From the human T2T-CHM13v2.0 reference genome, Homo sapiens: a stretch of DNA of 64,000 bases. The stretch lies in NCBI RefSeq assembly GCF_009914755.1, contig NC_060933.1. One strand, 5' to 3'. Of the stretch, positions 27,901 to 42,573 are shown one piece after another. Position numbers and translations under genes: made by a program. A model generated the notes under the pieces. The model made no database searches and was not told where the DNA came from. It was given only the letters and a program-made list of their open reading frames with translations. How positions within the stretch are numbered: position 1 is the stretch's first letter; each line of letters begins with the position of its first letter.

Positions 27901-30900
27901 ACGCGAGTGCAGGGGAATGGAATGGAATGGAATGCAATGGAATGGAATCTTCCGGAATGGAATGGAATGGAATGGAATGGAATGAAATGCAATGGATTCA
28001 ACTCGATTGCAATGGAATGGAATAGAATGGAATGGAATGGAATGGAATGGAATGGAATGGAATGGAATTAACCCGAATAGAATGGAATGGAATGGAATGG
28101 AACGGAATGGAACGGAATGGAATGGAATGCAATGGAATGGAATGGAATGGAATGGTATGGAATGGAATGGAATGGTACGGAATAGAATGGAATGGAACGA
28201 ATTGTAATGGAATGGAATTGAATGGAATGGAATGGAATGGAATCAACGCGAGTGCAGGGGAATGGAATGGAACGGAATGCAATGGAATGGAATCATCCGG
28301 AATGGAATGGAATGGAATGGAATCAACCCGAGTGCAATCGAATGGAGTGGAATGGAATGGAATGGAATGGAACAACCCGAATGGAATGGAATGTAATGGA
28401 GAGTAAGGGAGTTGAATAGAATCAATCCGAATGTAATGGAATGGAAAGCAACGGAATGGAATGGAATGGAATGGAATGGAATGGAATGCAATGGAATGGA
28501 ATCAACCCGAGTACAATGGAATGGAATGGAATGGAATGCAATGGAATGGAATGGAATGGAATGGAATGGAATGAAATGGAATGGAATTGAATGGAATGGA
28601 ATGCCTTCAAACCGAATGGAATGGAAAGGAATGGAATCAACACGAGAGGAATGGAATGGAATGGAATGGAATGGAATGGAATGGTACGGAATAGAATGGA
28701 ATGGAAAGAAATGGAATGGAATGGAATGGAATGGAATGGAATGGAATGGAATGGAATCGTTCCGAGTGGAATAGGAGGGAATGTATTCGAGTGGAATGGA
28801 AAGGAATGGAATCAGCCAGAGTGGAATGGAAGGGAATGGAATGGAATGGAAACTAATAGAAAGGAATCAACCCGAGTGGAATGGAATGGAAAGGACTGGA
28901 ATGGAATGGTATGGAATCAACTCTATTGTAATGGAATGGAATGGAATGGAATGGAATGGAATGGAATGGAATGGAATGGAATTAACCCGAATACAATGGA
29001 ATGGAATGGAATGGAACGGAATGGAGTGGAATGGAATGGAATCAACCCGAGTGCAGGGGAATGGAATGGAATGGAATACAATGGAATGGAATCATCCGGA
29101 ATGGAATGGAATGGAATGGAATGGAAAGCAATGGAATCAACTCGATTGCAATGGAATGGAATGGAATGGAAAGGAATAGAATGGTGTCATCCCGAGTGGA
29201 ATGAAATGGAAAGGACTGGAATGGAGTGGAATGGAATGGAATGGAATGGAATGGAATGGAATGGAATTAACCCGAATAGAATGGAATGGAATGGAATGGA
29301 ACGGAACGGAACGGAACGGAATGTAATGGAATGGAATGGAATGGAATGGAATGGAATGGAATCAACCCGACTGCAGGGGAATGGAATGGAATGGAATGCA
29401 ATGGAATTGATTCAACTTGAATGGAATGGAAAGAATGGAATCAACAGGAGTGGAATGGCACGGATTGGAATGGAAGGGAATGGAATCAACCCGAGTACAG
29501 GGGAATGGAATGGAATGGAATGCAATGGAATGGAATCATCCGTAATGGAATAGAAAGTAATGGAATGGAATGGAATGGAATGGAATGGAATGGAATCAAC
29601 TCGATTGCAATCGAATGGAATGGAATGGAATTAACCCGAATAGAATGGAATGGAATGGAAGGGAACGGAACGGAATGGAATGGAATGGAATGGAATGGAA
29701 TGGAACGGAAAGGAATGGAATGGAATGGAATGGAGTGGAATGGAATGGAATCAACGCGAGTGCAGGGGAATGGAATGGAATGGAATGCAATGGAATGGAA
29801 TCTTCCGGAATGGAATGGAATGGAATGGAATCAACCCGAGTGCAATGGAATGGAGTGGAATGGAATGGAACAACCCGAATGGAATGGAATGTAATGGAGA
29901 GTAAGGGAGTTGAATAGAATCAATCCGAATGTAATGGAATGGAATGGAACGGAATGGAATTGAAAGGAATGGAATGGAATGCAATGGAATGGAATCAACC
30001 CGAGTGCAATGGAATGGAGAGTAATGGAATGGAATGGAATGGAAACTACCCGAATTGAATGAAATGGAATGCAGTGTAAGGGAATTGAATAGAATCAATC
30101 CGAATGTAATGGAATGGAACGGAATGGAATGGAATGGAATGGAATGGAATGGAATGGAATGGAATGCAATGGAATGGAATCAACCCGAGTGCAATCGAAT
30201 GGAATCCAATGGAATGGAATGCAATGGAATGGATTCAACTTGAATGGAATGGAAAGAATGGAATCAACACGAGTGGAATGCCATGGATTGGAATGGAATG
30301 GAATGGAATCAACCCGAGTACAGGAGAATGGAATGGAATGGAATGCAATGGAATGGAATCATCCGTAATGGAATGGAAAGGAATGGAATGGAATGGAATG
30401 GAATGCAATGGAATGGAATGGAATCAACTCGATTGCAATCGAATGGAATGGAATGGAATTAACCCGAATAGAATGGAATGGAATGGAATGGAAAGGAACG
30501 GAATGGAATGGAATGGAATGGAATGGAATGGAACGGAACGGAACGGAATGGAATGGAATGGAATGGAATGGAATCAACGCGAGTGCAGGGGAATGGAATG
30601 GAATGGAATGCAATGGAATGGAATCTTCCGGAATGGAATGGAATGGAATGAAATGCAATGGATTCAACTCGATTGCAATGGAATGGAATAGAATGGAATG
30701 GAATGGAATGGAATGGAATGGAATGGAATGGAATTAACCCGAGTAGAATGGAATGGAATGGAATGGAATGGAATGGAATGGAATGGAACTGAATGGAATG
30801 GAATGCAATTTAATGGAATGGAATGGTATGGAATTGAATGGAATGGTACGGAATAGAATGGAATGGAACGAATTGTAATGGAATGGAATTGAATGGAATG

Positions 30901-33900
30901 GAATGGAATGGAACGGAATCAACGCGAGTGCAGGGGAATGGAATGGAAGGGAATGCAATGGAATGGAATCATCCGGAATGGAATGGAATGGAATGGAATG
31001 GAATGGAATGGAATGGAATGGCATCAACCCGAGTGCAATGGAATGGAGTGGAATGGAATGGAATGGAATGGAACAACCCGAATGGAATGTAATGTAATGG
31101 AGTGTAAGGGAATTGAATAGAATGAATCCGAATGGAATAGAATGGAATGGAAAGAATGGAATGGAATGGAAAGGAATGGAATGCAATGCCATGGAATCAA
31201 CACGAGTGCAAACGAATGGAATCGAATGGAATGGAATGCAATGGAATGGATTCATCTTGAATGGAATGGAAAGAATGGAAACAACACGAGTGGAATGGCA
31301 TGGATTGGAATGGAATGGAATGGAATCAACCCGAGTACAGGGGAATGGAATGGAATGGAATGAAATGGAATGGAAACATCCGTAATGTAATGGAAAGGAA
31401 TGGAATGGAATGGAATGGAATGGAATGGAATGGATTGGAATGCAATGGAATGGAATGGAATGGAATAAACTCCATTGCAATCGAATGGAATGGTATGGAA
31501 TTAACCCCAATAGAATGGAATGGAATGGAATGGAATGGAACGGAACGGAATGGAATGGAATGGAATGGAACGGAACGCAACGTAATGGAATGGAATGGAA
31601 TGGAATGGAATGGAATGGAATCAACGCGAGTGCAGGGGAATGGAATGGAATCGAATGGAATCAACGCGAGTGCAGGGGAATGGAATGGAATGGAATGCAA
31701 TGGATTCAACTCGATGGCAATGGAATGGAATAGAATGGAATGGAATGGAATGGAATGGAATGGAATTAACCCGAATAGAATGGAATGCAATGGAATGGAA
31801 CGGAGTGGAACGGAATGGAATGGAATGGAATGGAATGGAATGGAATGGAATGGTATGGAATGGAATGGAATGGTACGGAATAGAATGGAATGGAACGAAA
31901 TGTAATGGAATGGAATTGAATGGAATGGAATGGAATGGAATGGAATCAACGCGAGTGAAGGGGAATGTAATGGAACGGAATGCAATGGAATGGAATCATC
32001 CGGAATGAATGGAATGGAATGGAATGGAATGGAATGGAATCAACCCGAGTGCAATGGAATGGAGTGGAATGGAATGGAATGGAATGGAACAACCCGAATG
32101 GAATGGAATGTAATGGAGAGAAAGCGAGTTGAATAGAATCAATCCGAATGTAATGGAATGGAAAGCAACGGAATGGAATGGAATGGAATGGAATGGAATG
32201 GAATGCAATGGAATGGAATCAACCCGAGTACAATGGAATGGAATGGTTTGGAATTGAATGGAATGGAATGGAATGGAATGGAATTGAATGGAATGGAATG
32301 CCTTCAAACCGAATGGAATGGAAATGAATGGAATCAACACGAGTGGAATGGAATGGAATGGAATGGAATGGTACGGAATAGAATGGAATGGAACGAAATG
32401 GAATGGAATGGAATGGAATGGAATGGAATGGAATGGAATGGAACGGAATCGTTCCGAGTGGAATAGGAGGGAATGTATTCGAGTGGAATGGAAAGGAATG
32501 GAATCAGCCAGAGTGGAATGGAAGGGAATGGAATGGAAAGGAAACTAATAGAATGGAATCAACCCGAGCGGAATGGAATGGAAAGGACTGGAATGGAATG
32601 GAATGGAATTAACCCGAATACAATGGAATGGAATGGAATGGAATGGAGTGGAATGGAATGAAATCAACCCGAGTGCAGGGGAATGGAATGGAATGGAATG
32701 CAATGGAATGGAATCATCCGGAATGGAATGGAATGGAATGGAATGCAAAGCAATGGAATCAACTCGATTGCAATGGAATGGAATGGAATGGAAAGGAATA
32801 GAATGGAATCAACCCGAGTGGAATGGAATGGAAAGGACTGGAATGGAGTGGAATGGAATGGAATGGAATGGAATGGAATCAACTCGATTGGAATGGAATG
32901 GAATGGAATGGAATGGAATGGAATGGAATGGAATTAAACCGAATAGAATGGAATGGAATGGAATGGAACGGAACGGAACGGAACGGAATGGAATGGAATG
33001 GAATGGAATGGAATGGAATGGAATCAACCCGACTGCAGGGGAATGGAATGGAATGGAATGCAATGGAATGGATTCAACTTGAATGGAATGGAAAGAATGG
33101 AATCAACACGAGTGGAAAGGCATGGATTGGAATGGAAGGGAATGGATTCAACCCGAGTACAGGGGAATGGAATGGAATGGAATGCAATGGAATGGAATCA
33201 TCCGTAATGGAATGGAATGGAATGGAATGGAATGGAATGGAATGGAATCAACTCGATTGCAATCGAATGGAATGGAATGGAATTAACCCGAATAGAATGG
33301 AATGGAATGGAATGGAACGGAAGGGAATGGAATGGAATGGAATGGAATGGAATGGAGTGGAATGGAACGGAAAGGAATGGAATGGAATGGAATGGAGTGG
33401 AATGGAATGGAATCAACGCGAGTGCAGGGGAATGGAATGGAATGGAAGGCAATGGAATGGAATCTTCCGGAATGGAATGGAATGGAATGGAATGGAATGG
33501 AATGGAATGGAACGGAATGGAATTGAATGGAATGGAATGGAATGCAATGGAATGGAATCAACCTGAGTGCAATGGAATGGAGAGGAATGGAATGGAATGG
33601 AATGGAAACTACCCGAATGGAATGGAATGTAATGCAGTGTAAGGGAATTGAATAGAATCAATCCGAATGTAATGGAATGGAACGGAATTGAATGGAATGG
33701 AATGGAATGGAATGGAACGGAATGTAATGGAATGGAATCAACCCGAGTGCAATCGAATGGAATCCAATGGAATGGAATGCAATGGAATGGATTCAACTTG
33801 AATGGAATGGAAAGAACGGAATCAACACGAGTGGAATGGCATGGATTGGAATGGAATGGAATGGAATCAACCCGAGTACAGGGGAATGGAATGGAGTGGA

Positions 33901-34199
33901 ATGCAATGGAATGGAATCATCCGTAATGGAATGGAAAGGAATGGAATGGAATGGAATGGAATGGAATGGAATCAACTCGATTTCAATCGAATGGAATGGA
34001 ATGGAATTAACCCGAATAGAATGGAATGGAATGGAATGGAATGGAACGGAACTGAATGGAATGGAATGGAATGGAATGGAACGGAACGGAACGGAACGGA
34101 ATGGAAAGGAATGGAATGGAATGGAATCAACGCGAGTGCAGGGGAATGGAATGGAATGGAATGGAATGGAATGGAATGGAACGGAACGGAACGGAACGG

Positions 34200-37140
34200 A
34201 ATGGAATGGAATGGAATGGAATGGAATGGAATGGAATTGAATGGAATTAACCCGAATAGAATGGAATGGAATGGAATGGAATGGAACGGAACGGAATGGA
34301 ATGGAATGGAATGGAATGGAATGGAATGGAATGGAATCAACCCGACTAGAGGGGAATGGAATGGAATGGAATGCAATGGAATGGATTCAACTTGAATGGA
34401 ATGGAAAGAATGGAATCAACACGAGTGGAATGGCATGGATTGGAATGGAAGGGAATGGAATCAAACCGAGTACAGGGGAATGGAATGGAATGGAATGCAA
34501 TGGAATGGAATCATCCGTAATGGAATAGAAAGGAATGGAACGGAATGGAATGGAATGGAATGGAATGGAATCAACTGGATTGCAATCGAATGGAATGGAA
34601 TGGAATTAACCCGAATAGAATGGAATGGAATGGAATGGAACGGAGCGGAATTGAATGGAATGGAATGGAATGGAATGGAATGGAACCGAAAGGAATGGAA
34701 TGGAATGGAATGGAGTGGAATGGAATGGAATCAACGCGAGTGCAGGGGAATGGAATGGAATGGAATGTAATGGAATGGAATCTTCCGGAATGGAATGGAA
34801 TGGAATGGAATGGAATCAACCCGAGTGCAATGGTATGGAGAGGAATGGAATGGAACAACCCGAAAGGAATGGAATGGAATGGAGAGTAAGGGAGTTGAAT
34901 AGAATCAATCCGAATGTAATGGAACGAAATGGAATGGAATGGAATGGAATGGAATGGAATGGAATGGAATGGAATGGAATTAAACCGAATAGAATGGAAT
35001 GGAATGGAATGGAACAGAACGGAAAGGAACGGAACGGAATGGAATGGAATGGAATGGAATGGAATCAACCCGACTGCAGGGGAATGGAATGGAATGGAAT
35101 GCAATGGAATGGATTCAACTTCAATGGAATGGAAAGAATGGAATCAACACGAGTGGAATGGCATGGATTGGAATGGAAGGGAATGGAATCAACCCGAGTA
35201 CAGGGGAATGGAATGGAATGGAATGCAATGGAATGGAATCATCCGTAATGGAATGGAATGGAATTTAATGGAATGAACCCGATGCAATGGAATGGAATGG
35301 AATGGAATGGAATGGAATGGAAAAATCCCGAATGGAATGGAATGTAATGGAGTGTAAGGGAATTGAATAGAATCAGTCCGAATGTAATGGAATGGAATGG
35401 AATGAAATGGAATGGAATGGAATGGAATGGAATCAAACCGAGTGCAATAGAATGGATTCGAATGGAATGCAATGGAATGGAAAGTAATAGAATGGAATCA
35501 ACCCGAGTGGAATAGAATGGAAAGGACTGGAATGGACTGGAATGGAATGTAATGGAATGGAATCAAATCGATTGGAATGGAATGGAATGGAATGGAATGG
35601 AATGGAATGGAATCAACTCGATTGCAATGGAATGGAATGGAATGGAATGGAATGGAATGGAATGGAATGGAACGGAAGGGAACGGAACGGAATGGAATGG
35701 AATGGAATGGAATGGAATGGAATGGAATGGAATTGAATGGAATTAACCCGAATAGAATGGAATGGAATGGAATGGAATGGAAAGGAATGGAATGGAATGG
35801 AATGGAATGGAATGGAATGGAATCAACCCGACTACAGGGGAATGGAATGGAATGGAATGCAATGGAATGGATTCAACTTGAATGGAATGGAAAGAATGGA
35901 ATCAACACGAGTGGAATGGCATGGATTGGAATGGAAGGGAATGGAATCAAACCGAGTACAGGGGAATGGAATGGAATGGAATGCAATGGAATGGAATCAT
36001 CCGTAATGGAATAGAAAGGAATGGAACGGAATGGAATGGAATGGAATGGAATGGAATCAAGTGGATTGCAATCGAATGGAATGGAATGGAATTAACCCGA
36101 ATAGAATGGAATGGAATGGAATGGAACGGAACGGAATTGAATGGAATGGAATGGAATGGAATGGAATGGAATGGAACCGAAAGGAATGGAATGGAATGGA
36201 ATGGAGTGGAATGTAATGGAATCAACGCGAGTGCAGGGGAATGGAATGGAATGGAATGCAATGGAATGGAATCTTCCGGAATGGAATGGAATGGAATGGA
36301 ATGGAATCAACCCGAGTGCAATGGTATGGAGAGGAATGGAATGGAACAACCCGAATGGAATGGAATGGAATGGAGAGTAAGGGAGTTGAATAGAATCAAT
36401 CCGAATGTAATGGAACGAAATGGAATGGAATGGAATGGAATGGAATGGAATGGAATGGAATGGAATGGAATGGAATTAAACCGAATAGAATGGAATGGAA
36501 TGGAATAGAACAGAACGGAACGGAACGGAACGGAATGGAATGGAATGGAATGGAATGGAATGGAATCAACCCGACTGCAGCGGAATGGAATGGAATGGAA
36601 TGCAATGGAATGGATTCAACTTGAATGGAATGGAAAGAATGGAATCAACACGAGTGGAATGGCATGGATTGGAATGGAAGGGAATGGAATCAACCCGAGT
36701 ACAGGGGAATGGAATGGAATGGAATGCAATGGAATGGAATCATCCGTAATGGAATGGAATGGAATTTAATGGAATGAACCCGATGCAATGGAATGGAATG
36801 GAATGGAATGGAATGGAATGGAATGGAAAAATCCCGAATGGAATGGAATGTAATGGAGTGTAAGGGAATTGAATAGAATCAGTCCGAATGTAATGGAATG
36901 GAATGGAATGAAATGGAATGGAATGGAATGGAATGGAATCAAACCGAGTGCAATGGAATGGATTCGAATGGAATGGAATGGAATGGAAAGTAATAGAATG
37001 GAATCAACCCGAGTGGAATAGAATGGAAAGGACTGGAATGGACTGGAATGGAATGGAATGGAATGGAATCAAATCGATTGGAATGGAATGGAATGGAATG
37101 GAATGGAATGGAATGGAATGGAATCAACTCGATTGCAATG
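34200..37140 (+). repeat. ~1.5-kb tandem duplication (two copies)
   Basis: GGAACCGAAAGG 34682/36173, GGTATGGAGAGG, AAAAATCCCG 35321/36827, AATCAGTCCG 35371/36877, AATCAAATCG 35561/37067. Confidence 0.88.
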
Positions 37141-40100
37141 GAATGGAATGGAAAGGAATGGAATGGAATGGAATGGAATGGAATGGAATTAACCCGAATA
37201 GAATGGAATGGAATGGAATGGAACGGAATGTAATGGAATGAAATGGAATGGAATCAACCCGAGTGCAGGGGAATGGAATGGAATGGAATGCAATGGAATG
37301 GAATCATGCAGAATGGAATCGAATGGAATGGAATGGAATGGAATGGAATGCAATGGAATGGAATGGAATGGAATCAACTCGATTGCAATGCAATGGAATG
37401 GAATGGAAAGGAATGGAAGGGAATGGAGTGGAATGTAATCAACCCGAGTGCAGGGGAATGGAATGGAATGGAATGCAATGGAATGGAATCATCCCGAATG
37501 GAATGGAATGGAATCAACCCAATGCAATGGAATGGAGTGGAATGGAATGGAATGGAATGGAAACATCCCGAATGGAATTGAATGTAATGGAGTGTAAGGG
37601 AATTGAATAGAATCAATCCGAATGTAATGGAATGGAACGGAATGAAATGGAATGGAATGCAATGGAATGGAATCAACCCGAGTGCAATGGAATGGATTCG
37701 AATGGAATGGAATGGAATGGAATGGATTCAACAAGAATGGAATGGAAAGGAATGGAATCAACCCGAGTGTAATGGCATGGAATGGAATGGAATGGAATGG
37801 AATGGAATGGGATGGAATGGAATGTTACGGAATAGAATGGAATGGAATGAAATGGAATGGAATGGAATGGAATGGAATGGAATGGAATGGAATGAAATGG
37901 AATGAACCTGTGTGCAATGTAATTGAATGGAATGGAATGGAATGGATTCAACTCGAATGGAATCAACTCGATTGCAATGGAATGGAATGGAATGGAAAGG
38001 AATAGAATGGAATCAACCCGAGTGGAATGGAATGCAAAGGACTGGAATGGAGTGGAATGGAATGGAATGGAATTAACCCGAATAGAATGGAATGGAATGG
38101 AATGGAACGGAATGTAATGGAATGGAATGGAATGGATTCAACCCGAGTGCAGGGGAATGGAATGGAATGGAATGCAATGGAATGGAATCATCCGGAATGG
38201 AATGGAATGGAATGGAATGGAATGGAATGGAATCAACTCGATTTCGATGGAATGGAATGGAATAGAATGGAATGGAATTAACACAAATAGAATGGAATGG
38301 AATGGAATGGAATGGAATGGAATGGAATGGAAAGGAAAGGAATGGAATGGAATGGAATGGAATCAACCGAAGTGCAGGGGAATGGAATGGAATGGAATTC
38401 AATGGAATGGAATCATCCGGAGTGGAATGGAATGGAATGCAATGGAATGGAATGGAATCAACCCGAGTGCAATGGAATGGAGAGGAATGGAATGGAACGG
38501 AATGGAAACTACCCGAATGGAATGGAATGTAATGGAGTGTAAGGGAATTGAATAGAATCAATCCGAATGTAATGGAATGGAATGGAACGGAATGGAATGG
38601 AATGGAATGGAATGGAATGCAATGGAATGGAATCAACCCGAGTGCCATCGAATGGAATCGAATGGAATGGAATGCAATGGAAATTATTCAAATTAAATGG
38701 AATGGAAAGAATGGAATCAACACGAGTGGAATGGCATGGAATGGAATGGAATGGAATGGAATCAACCTGAGTAGAGGTGAATGGGATGGAATGGAATGCA
38801 ATGGAATGGAATCATCCATAATGTAATGGAAAGGAATGGAATGGAATGGAATGGAATGGAATGGAATGGAATGGAATGGAATCAACCCGAGTGCAATGGA
38901 ATGGAGTGGAATGGAATGGAATGGAATGGAACAACCCGAATGAAATGGAATGCAATGGAGAGAAAGGGTGTTGAATAGAGTCAATCCGAATGTAATGGAA
39001 TGGAATGCAACGGAATGGAATGGAATGGAATGCAATGGAATGCAATGGAATGGAATCAACCCGAGTACAATGGAATGGAATGCAATGGAATGGAATGGAA
39101 TGGAATGGAATGGAATGGAATTGAACGGAATGGAATGCCTTCAAACCGAATGGAATGGAAAGGAATGGAATCAACACGAGTGGAATGGAATGGAATGGAA
39201 TGGAATGGAATGGTACGGAATAGAATGGAATGGAAAGAAATGGAATGGCATGGAATGGAATGGAATGGAATGGAATGGAATCGTTCCGAGTGGAATAGGA
39301 GGGAATGTATACGAGTGGAATGGAAAGGAATGGAATCAACCAGAGTGGAACGGAAGGGAATGGAATGGAATGGAAACTAATAGAATGGAATCAACCCGAG
39401 TGGAATGGAATGGAAAGGACTGGAATGGAAAGGACTGGAATGGAATGGAATGGAATGGAATTAACCCGAATACAATGGAATGGAATGGATTGGAACGGAA
39501 TGGAGTGGAATGGAATGGAATCAACCCGAGTGCAGGGGAATGGAATGGAATGGAATGCAATGGAATGGAAACATCCGGAATGGAATGGAATGGAATGGAA
39601 TGCAAAGCAATGGAATCAACTCGATTGCAATGGAATGGAATGGAATGGAAAGGAATAGAATGGAATCAACCCGAGTGGAATGGAATGGAAAGGACTGGAA
39701 TGGAGTGGAATGGAATGGAATGGAAGGGAATGGAATGGAATCAACTCGATTGGAATGGAATGGAATGGAATGGAATGGAATGGAATGGAATGGAATGGAA
39801 TTAACCCGAATAGAATGGAATGGAATGGAATGGAACGGAATGGAATGGAATGGAATGGAATGGAATGGAATGGAATGGAATGGAATGGAATCAACCCGAC
39901 TGCAGGTGAATGGAATGGAATGGAATGCAATGGAATGGATTCAACTTGAATGGAATGGAAAGAATGGAATCAACACGAGTGGAATCGCATTGATTGGAAT
40001 GGAATGGAATGGAATCAACCCGAGTAAAGGGGAATGGAATGGAATGGAATGCAATGGAATGGAATCATCAGTAATGGAATGGAAAGGAATGGAAAGGACT

Positions 40101-42099
40101 GGAATGGAATGGAATGGAATAGAATGGAATGGAATGGAATCATCCGTAATGGAATGGAAAGGAATGGAATGGAATGGAATGGAAGTGAATGGAATGGAAT
40201 GTAATGAAACCGAGTGCAGGGGAATGGAATGGAATGGAATGCAATGGAATGGAGTCATCCGGAATGGAACGGAATGGAATGGAATGGAATCAACCCGAGT
40301 GCAATGGAATGGAATGGAATGGAAAGGAATGGAATGGAATGGATTCAACCTGAATGGAATGGAAAGGAATGGAATCAACCCGAGAGGAATGGCATGGAAT
40401 GGAATGGAATGGAATGGAGTGGAATGGTACGGAATAGAATGTAATGGAACGAAACGGAATGGAATGGAATATAATGGAATGGAATGGAATGGAATGGAAT
40501 CATTCCGAGTGGAATAGAAGGGAATGTTTTCGAGTGGAATGAAAAGGAATGGTATCAACCAGAGTGGAATGGAATGGAATCGAATGGAATGGAAAGGAAT
40601 AGAATGGAATCAACCCGACTGCAGGGGAATGGAATGGAATGGAATGGAATGGAATGGAATCATCCGGAACGGAATGGAATGGAATGGAATGGAATCAACT
40701 CGATTGCAATGGAATGGAATGGAATGGAATGGAATGGAATGGAATGGAATGGAATTCTCCCGAATAGAATGGAATGGAATGGAATTGAAAGGAATGGAAT
40801 GGAGGGGAATGGAATGGAATCAACCCGAGTGCAGGGGAATGGAATGGAATGGAATGCAATGGAATGGAATCATCCGGAATGGAATGGAATGGAATGCAAT
40901 GGAATGGAATCAACCCGAGTACAATGAAATGGAATGGAATGGAATGGAATGGAATGGAATGGAATGGAATGGAATGGAATGTCTTCAAACCGAATGGAAT
41001 GGAAAGGAATGGAATCAACACGAGTGGAATGGAATGGAATGGAATGGAATGGAATGGAATGGAATGCTACGGAATAGAATGTAATGGAACGAAATGGAAT
41101 GGAATGGAATGGAATGGAATGGAATGGAATGGAATGGAATCTTTCCGAGTGGAATAGGAGGGAATGTATTCGAGTGGAATGGAAAGGAATGGAATCAACC
41201 AGAGTGGAATGGAAGGGAACGGAATGGAATGGAAACTAATAGAATGGAATCAACCCGAGTGGAATGGAATGGAAAGGACTGGAATGGAATGGAATGGAAT
41301 GGAATGGAATCAACTCGATTGTAATGGAATGGAATGGAATGGAATGGAATGGAATGGAATGGAATGGAATTAACCCGAATACAATGGAATGGAATGGAAT
41401 GGAATGGAATGGAGTGGAATGGAATGGAATCAACCCGAGTGCAGGGGAGTGGAATGGAATGGAATGCAATGCAATGGAATCATCCGGAATGGAATGGAAT
41501 GGAATGGAATGCAAAGCAATGGAATCAACTCGATTGCAATGGAATGGAATGGAATGGAAAGGAATACATTGGAATCAACCCGAGTGGAATGGAATGGAAA
41601 GGACTGGAATGGAGTGGAATGGAATGGAATGGAATGGAATGGAATGGAATGGAATGGAATGGAATCAACTCGATTGGAATGGAATGGAATGGAATGGAAT
41701 GGAATGGAATTAACCCGAATAGAATGGAATGGAATGGAATGGAACGGAACGGAACGGAACGGAATGAAATGGAAGGGAATGGAATGGAATGGAATGGAAT
41801 CAACCCGACTGCAGGGGAATGGAATGGAATGGAAAGCAATGGAATGGATTCAACTTGAATGGAATGGAAAGAATGGAATCAACAAGAGTGGAATGGCATG
41901 GATTGGAATGGAATGGAATGGAATCAACCCGAGTACAGGGGAAAGGAATGGAATGGAATGCAAAGGAATGGAATCATCCGTAATGGAATGGAAAGGAATG
42001 GAATGGAATGGAATGGAATGGAATGGAATGGAATGGAATCAACTCGATTGCAATCGAATGGAATGGAATGGAATTAACCCGAATAGAATGGAATGGAAT

Positions 42100-42134
42100 G
42101 GAACGGAACGGAACGGAACGGAACGGAACGGAAC
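42100..42134 (+). repeat. (GGAAC)7 variant microsatellite
   Basis: Seven consecutive GGAAC units. Confidence 0.9.
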
Positions 42135-42558
42135 GGAGTGGAATGGAATGGAATGGAATGGAATGGAATGGAATGGAATGGAAAGGAATGGAATGGAATG
42201 GAATGGAATGGAATGGAATGGAATGGAATGGAATGGAATCAACGCGAGTGCAGGGGAATGGAATGGAATGGAATGCAATGGAATGGAATCTTCCGGAATG
42301 GAATGGAATAGAATGGAATGGAATGGAATGGAATTGAATGGAATAAACCCGAGTGTAATGGAATGGAGTGGAATGGAATGGAATGGAATGGAACAACCCG
42401 AATGGAATGGAATTTAATGGAGAGTAAGGGAGTTGAATAGAATCAATCCGAATGTAATGGAATGGAATGGAACGGAATGGAATTGAATGGAATGGAATGG
42501 AATGCAATGGAATGGAATCAACCCCAGTGCAATGGAATGGAGAGGAATAGAATGGAAT

Positions 42559-42573
42559 GGAAACTTCCCGAAT
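42559..42573. promoter_or_regulatory. HSE consensus arising in a different module
   Basis: gGAAa-cTTCc-cGAAt, one substitution away from the common GGAAACTACCCGAAT module. Confidence 0.4.

Noticed and set aside
21364-40757. Possible Y-chromosome DYZ1 identity because of ~3.3-3.6 kb spacings
   Set aside because: Spacing is irregular. The EcoRI sites seen (21364, 23332, 38395, 40752) are aperiodic, and I saw no periodic HaeIII sites. Chromosome assignment needs alignment to T2T assemblies.
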